From IMG/VR virus record IMGVR_UViG_3300037478_000385, positions 1 through 59,571 of that record: a DNA stretch of 59,571 bases. One strand, 5' to 3'. A program made the position numbers and the translations under genes. How positions within the stretch are numbered: position 1 is the first letter of the stretch; each line of letters starts with the position of its first letter. The notes beneath the pieces were generated by a model. It ran no database searches. It was not told the origin of the DNA and saw only the letters and a program-made list of their open reading frames with translations. Shown here in pieces: positions 56,146 through 59,571 of this stretch. This DNA comes from a virus (Duplodnaviria; Caudoviricetes).

Positions 56146-56184
56146 CCAGCCGGCCGTGGACCAACCGAGAGGAAGGATCAGACC

Positions 56185-56376
56185 ATGCAGAACGCCGACG
56201 ACGACGTGATCATCGAACTGTCTGCGGAGGAGTTCCGTACCGCAGCCCAACGCGCTCTCGCCGAGCTGGGCCTGACCTATGCCGAACTGCGCGAGCAGGC
56301 CCGCCGCCGGGACTTCAGCAGCGCGCAGGCGCACGTCCTGTGGGTGTCCATCGGCGACACCGTCAACCTGCCGTAG
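56185..56376 (+). CDS. Small hypothetical protein
   Basis: RBS; coding-like codon usage. Confidence 0.65.
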   Translation: MQNADDDVIIELSAEEFRTAAQRALAELGLTYAELREQARRRDFSSAQAHVLWVSIGDTVNLP

Positions 56377-56547
56377 CCCGAGTGCAGAGGCCGTTTGCTG
56401 CGCGGATCGGTGGGAAGACACAGACCCACGCCTGACTCAAAGGGAGGACGTCAACGCTATGCAGATGGACGACGGCGGTAAGCACGCCCGCCCACCCAAA
56501 CCTCCGGACGACGAGAAGCCCAAGCCGCACCCGAACGGAGCACAACC

Positions 56548-56844
56548 TTGAAGATCGAAACCGGCAACGTCATCAACCTCACCGCCTGCGCACCTGACTG
56601 GGTCGTCACCTTCAACCTCGGCGGAGAAACCGGAGAGGTCATCTGCCCCGTCATCGGATGGGCCACCGTCGTCGAAGCGCACCTGACCGACGGCACCACC
56701 TCGACGGCCGTTCAGCCCGCGTTCCTGTGGGGCGACATGGTCTGGACGCCGGCCGAGCTGCGCGAGCACACGCCCGGCCTCGGCTCCGTCGAGATCTACG
56801 CCCGCGAGATCACCCGCTCCGTACCGGAGCTGATCCAGCCGTGA
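56548..56844 (+). CDS. Hypothetical protein
   Basis: TTG start coupled to a 30-aa ORF at 56459-56551. Confidence 0.6.
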   Translation: MKIETGNVINLTACAPDWVVTFNLGGETGEVICPVIGWATVVEAHLTDGTTSTAVQPAFLWGDMVWTPAELREHTPGLGSVEIYAREITRSVPELIQP

Positions 56845-57001
56845 CTGCTCCAGTAGGCGACTTCCCGCAGCGCCATCCGCGGGAAGGCGAATGCGCGAAC
56901 CTGTGGGCGCGTGGGGAGCGTCCGACACAGCATCCTGATCCGGACGGGGACCCGGCAGAGGATCAGCTCCGGCCGACAGCGGAACTCTGACCGGAGCGCA
57001 G

Positions 57002-57035
57002 CAGAGCCCCCGCCCGGGGAAGCGGCGGGGGCTCT
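57002..57035. terminator. Bidirectional hairpin terminator
   Basis: CAGAGCCCCCGCC...GGCGGGGGCTCTG. Confidence 0.65.
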
Positions 57036-57053
57036 GTGCTGACCGGGACAAGG

Positions 57054-57266
57054 CTACGGGCCGTCTGCCTGCGACACGCCTTGTACGAGCTGGCCAACAG
57101 CGCTGAGAACTCCCTGCCCGAAATCGGTGGGCGCGACCAGTACGCCGAATACCAGGACAACGACTACCGTCAGCTTCTCGTCGAGCCGGGTCCGCGCTTC
57201 CGTCTTCCGCAGCAGCCGCAGCATGATGATGGCGGCCAGCAGAACCGCCAAGTTGATGGTCAGCAC
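57054..57266 (-). CDS. Small membrane protein
   Basis: Two TM segments; LVAPTDFGQ. Confidence 0.65.
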   Translation of the reverse strand: MLTINLAVLLAAIIMLRLLRKTEARTRLDEKLTVVVVLVFGVLVAPTDFGQGVLSAVGQLVQGVSQADGP

Positions 57267-57287
57267 TGGGTCAGCCTAGGTGCCGCG

Positions 57288-57632
57288 CTACCGCTGCCGT
57301 GGCGCGTACACGACGGCTTGCCCTGCGGTGAGGAGCTCGGTGTTGAGGCAGGCTCCGTCGGGTGCGGTGAGGGTGCCGAGGTAGCGTCCGAAGGAGTCGG
57401 CCCGGTCCTTGATGGTGCGGACGGTGAGCGTCCCGTCGGGGCAGTGCTCGGTGAACCACGCCTCCACCCACGCCTTCGCGGCGCGGCCGGCCTCGGTCGA
57501 CATCTCCGGGGCGTCGATACCGAGAGCGCGGATGCGTCGGCCGTGCGCCCACACGGAAAGTCCGAGGTCGACGTCCAAGACCCAGGTGTCCGCGTCGATC
57601 GTCCGGACCAGACGGGCGGCGTATTCATACAT
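57288..57632 (-). CDS. Thermonuclease (SNase-like)
   Basis: IDADT...IRALGIDAPE...DSFGRYL...LN.ELL..GQA. Confidence 0.85.
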   Translation of the reverse strand: MYEYAARLVRTIDADTWVLDVDLGLSVWAHGRRIRALGIDAPEMSTEAGRAAKAWVEAWFTEHCPDGTLTVRTIKDRADSFGRYLGTLTAPDGACLNTELLTAGQAVVYAPRQR

Positions 57633-57737
57633 GCCATCAGCATGGCCTGCGCCGCTCAGAAGGCAACGCAGATGCTGAGGAGCAGCACAACAGTGGCGCA
57701 ACTTGGTGCGGACTGGCGCGAGTTGGTATGATGAGGC

Positions 57738-58016
57738 ATGGAGAAAAACGAGATCAGCAGCCATGAAGTGCTCGTCTACCGCGAACTCGCCAAGGGTGAA
57801 TGGATCACCAGCAAGGCCATCGCAGAGGCAGCCGGAGTCGCGCCCCGCACTGCTCGCGCGCACGCCTTGAAGCTTGTCCGGCTCGGCATCGTCGATCAGG
57901 CCGAGGTCTTCCCCGCCCACCGCTACCGGCTCAGCACCCACGCCGCGAAACGGAACCGGGGCTACGCCGACCGCATCACGCGAGCAGCCGAAGTGCTCGG
58001 CATTCCGCTGGCCTGA
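57738..58016 (+). CDS. Winged-HTH protein
   Basis: WITSKAIAEAAGVAPRTARAHALKLVRLGIV. Confidence 0.7.
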   Translation: MEKNEISSHEVLVYRELAKGEWITSKAIAEAAGVAPRTARAHALKLVRLGIVDQAEVFPAHRYRLSTHAAKRNRGYADRITRAAEVLGIPLA

Positions 58017-58168
58017 CCTACGCCAGCCGACTAGGGCCCTCATCTTCGGATGGGGGCCCACTGCTATGCCGTCCGGCCCGGGAACGCAGGAAGGCCGCCC
58101 GGAGCTGGGGGCTCCAGACGGCCGATGCCACACACGGGGGCGTGGTGGCTGTTCTTCCCGCGGTCAGG

Positions 58169-58720
58169 CTACTTGACGTCTCCCGCGAAGATGGCGGTCT
58201 CGGAGTCGAAGTCCGGCGTCACCTCAACCTGCACGTACTTCTCGCCCTTGGGCAGCTCGCACGCGATCAGCGTGGTGATGGACCGTCCCGGCCGCAGGTG
58301 AGTCGACGGGCTCCCGTCGAGCCCATTCTCGGAGTCGAAGATCTGCTCACCCTCCTTGCCCTGGTCGCCGTACTGGCACTGGAGGTACATCTCGTTCATG
58401 TCGAGGGTCTTCTTGGTGCCGTTGGTGACCTTGGCGGCGAACTTCACGTACGGGGCGTTCTCCGGGTACGCGTAGTTGCTGGAGGTCCCGCGGGTGAAGC
58501 CGGACAGGGAGACTTCGATGCCGTCTTCGTAGGTGGCGGTGTCGGTGAGGCCGAGTGCCTTGTCTCCGGGCTGGTCCTTGGTGTCGGGTGTTTCGGTGGT
58601 GGCGGTGACTGTCTTGTCTGGTGTGGCGGCGTTGCGGGTGTCGTCGTTGATGTTGTTGCCGCAGCCGGTGAGGAGTAGGCCGGCAGCTATCAGGATCGCG
58701 GTGGTGGTGTGGGTTCGCAT
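58169..58720 (-). CDS. Lipoprotein (DUF4352-like)
   Basis: Lipobox LTGC; VTNGTKK...LRPGRS. Confidence 0.75.
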   Translation of the reverse strand: MRTHTTTAILIAAGLLLTGCGNNINDDTRNAATPDKTVTATTETPDTKDQPGDKALGLTDTATYEDGIEVSLSGFTRGTSSNYAYPENAPYVKFAAKVTNGTKKTLDMNEMYLQCQYGDQGKEGEQIFDSENGLDGSPSTHLRPGRSITTLIACELPKGEKYVQVEVTPDFDSETAIFAGDVK

Positions 58721-58882
58721 GGTTCTCTCCTGGTTGGTGGTGGGCTGTGCCGGAAGGCTAGACGTGCAGGTCCCATACGGCAGTTCCGCCGACGAGTACG
58801 GCGATGAGGGTGAGGAAGCCCATCACGGCGGGTAGTGCGAGGCATCCGCAGGGGCGCGGCTCGTCGGGCATCGGGGTCCTCC

Positions 58883-59029
58883 TCAGGTGTTGGTGATGCG
58901 GGTGAGGAGCCGCTGGGCCTCTGCCCGCAGTGTGACGGCGTCGGGGTCGGGGTTGTCGGCGAGCTGGTTGATGAGGGCGCGCATCCGTGCGGCGAGGCCG
59001 AGGGTGGTGTTGTCGGGGGTGACGTCCAT
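58883..59029 (-). CDS. Small hypothetical protein
   Basis: MDVTPDNTTLG...; AAGGA RBS. Confidence 0.5.
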   Translation of the reverse strand: MDVTPDNTTLGLAARMRALINQLADNPDPDAVTLRAEAQRLLTRITNT

Positions 59030-59093
59030 GGCGGGGTTCCTTGCTGGTGGGTGGTGGCCCTGTCGCGGGTGCGGTAGGGCCAGGTGGGGAGGC

Positions 59094-59312
59094 TCAGGAC
59101 TTTGCGGCGTGGTCGTCGGCGAGCTGCTGCATCTGGGCGGCGGTGCTCCCGCCGTGCCGGTAGACGACCAGCTTTCCGCCGTCCCATACGCGCAGGCACC
59201 AGCCAGCCCCGTCGTGGTCGACAGCGTAGGAGTGGACGCCGCTCTTGGCGTGGTAGGTCTTGGCAGGCCAGGAGGCTTTACGCCAGGTGAGGTTGGGCCA
59301 GTTCATGCGCAT
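59094..59312 (-). CDS. Small hypothetical protein
   Basis: AAGGAG RBS. Confidence 0.6.
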   Translation of the reverse strand: MRMNWPNLTWRKASWPAKTYHAKSGVHSYAVDHDGAGWCLRVWDGGKLVVYRHGGSTAAQMQQLADDHAAKS

Positions 59313-59444
59313 CGAGGTTCTCCTTCGGGCGGGGGCTATTCGTGGCGGTCAGGCGGCGTGGTCGGGTCAGGCGTCGCAGTCGCATGCCTCGTGCGGGAAC
59401 CGGCAGGGCCGGGGGTGGGCCTTGGATGCGTCACGGACGGCGAC

Positions 59445-59571
59445 GATGGCGCTGATCTCGTCGGTGGTGAGGCCCTTGGTGAGGCGGTAGCTTTCGCGCC
59501 AGTAGTCGGCCTCGGTGTGCTGCTCGTCGGCGTCGGTGCGGGCGCGCCGTGCCTCGGTGAGGAGGTCTCGG
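59445..59571. repeat. Terminal direct repeat (circular-assembly overlap), copy 2
   Basis: Identical to 1-127. Confidence 0.95.

Noticed and set aside
57776-57785. CTAC plus CGCGAA as a self-target of TnpB-2
   Set aside because: Only 6 nt of the guide match after the TAM, which is plausible by chance in a GC-rich genome

Overview
The window is a complete circular, high-GC actinobacterial (very likely Streptomyces) temperate siphophage genome of about 59,444 bp; bases 1-127 are repeated exactly at 59445-59571, which is an assembly overlap. It has a standard backbone: an early/replication operon on the minus strand (3.5-19.6 kb), an immunity/integration block (19.8-22 kb), and a late operon on the minus strand running terminase, portal, Clp protease, HK97 capsid, tail and lysis (47.8 to 24.3 kb). 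Unusual features: (1) a Streptomyces plasmid/AICE-type conjugation module (FtsK-like TraB, Spd-like proteins, a candidate clt repeat array inside spdB) with its own second iteron replicon; (2) a terminase large subunit gene split at the Walker A motif by an in-phase G_GGA_AAA slippery heptamer; (3) two different TnpA-less TnpB elements, each with a ribbon-helix-helix regulator and with sequence-inferred TAMs CCAT and CTAC, bracketing the accessory region; (4) a ParB-HTH-DUF4326 plus OB-like two-gene cassette; (5) a PhoD phosphatase in the tail module; (6) an orphan Phd antitoxin with TGTACA operators facing a stand-alone WYL gene; (7) a TTA codon in the integrase. All calls come from motif recognition by eye; no database searches were run.
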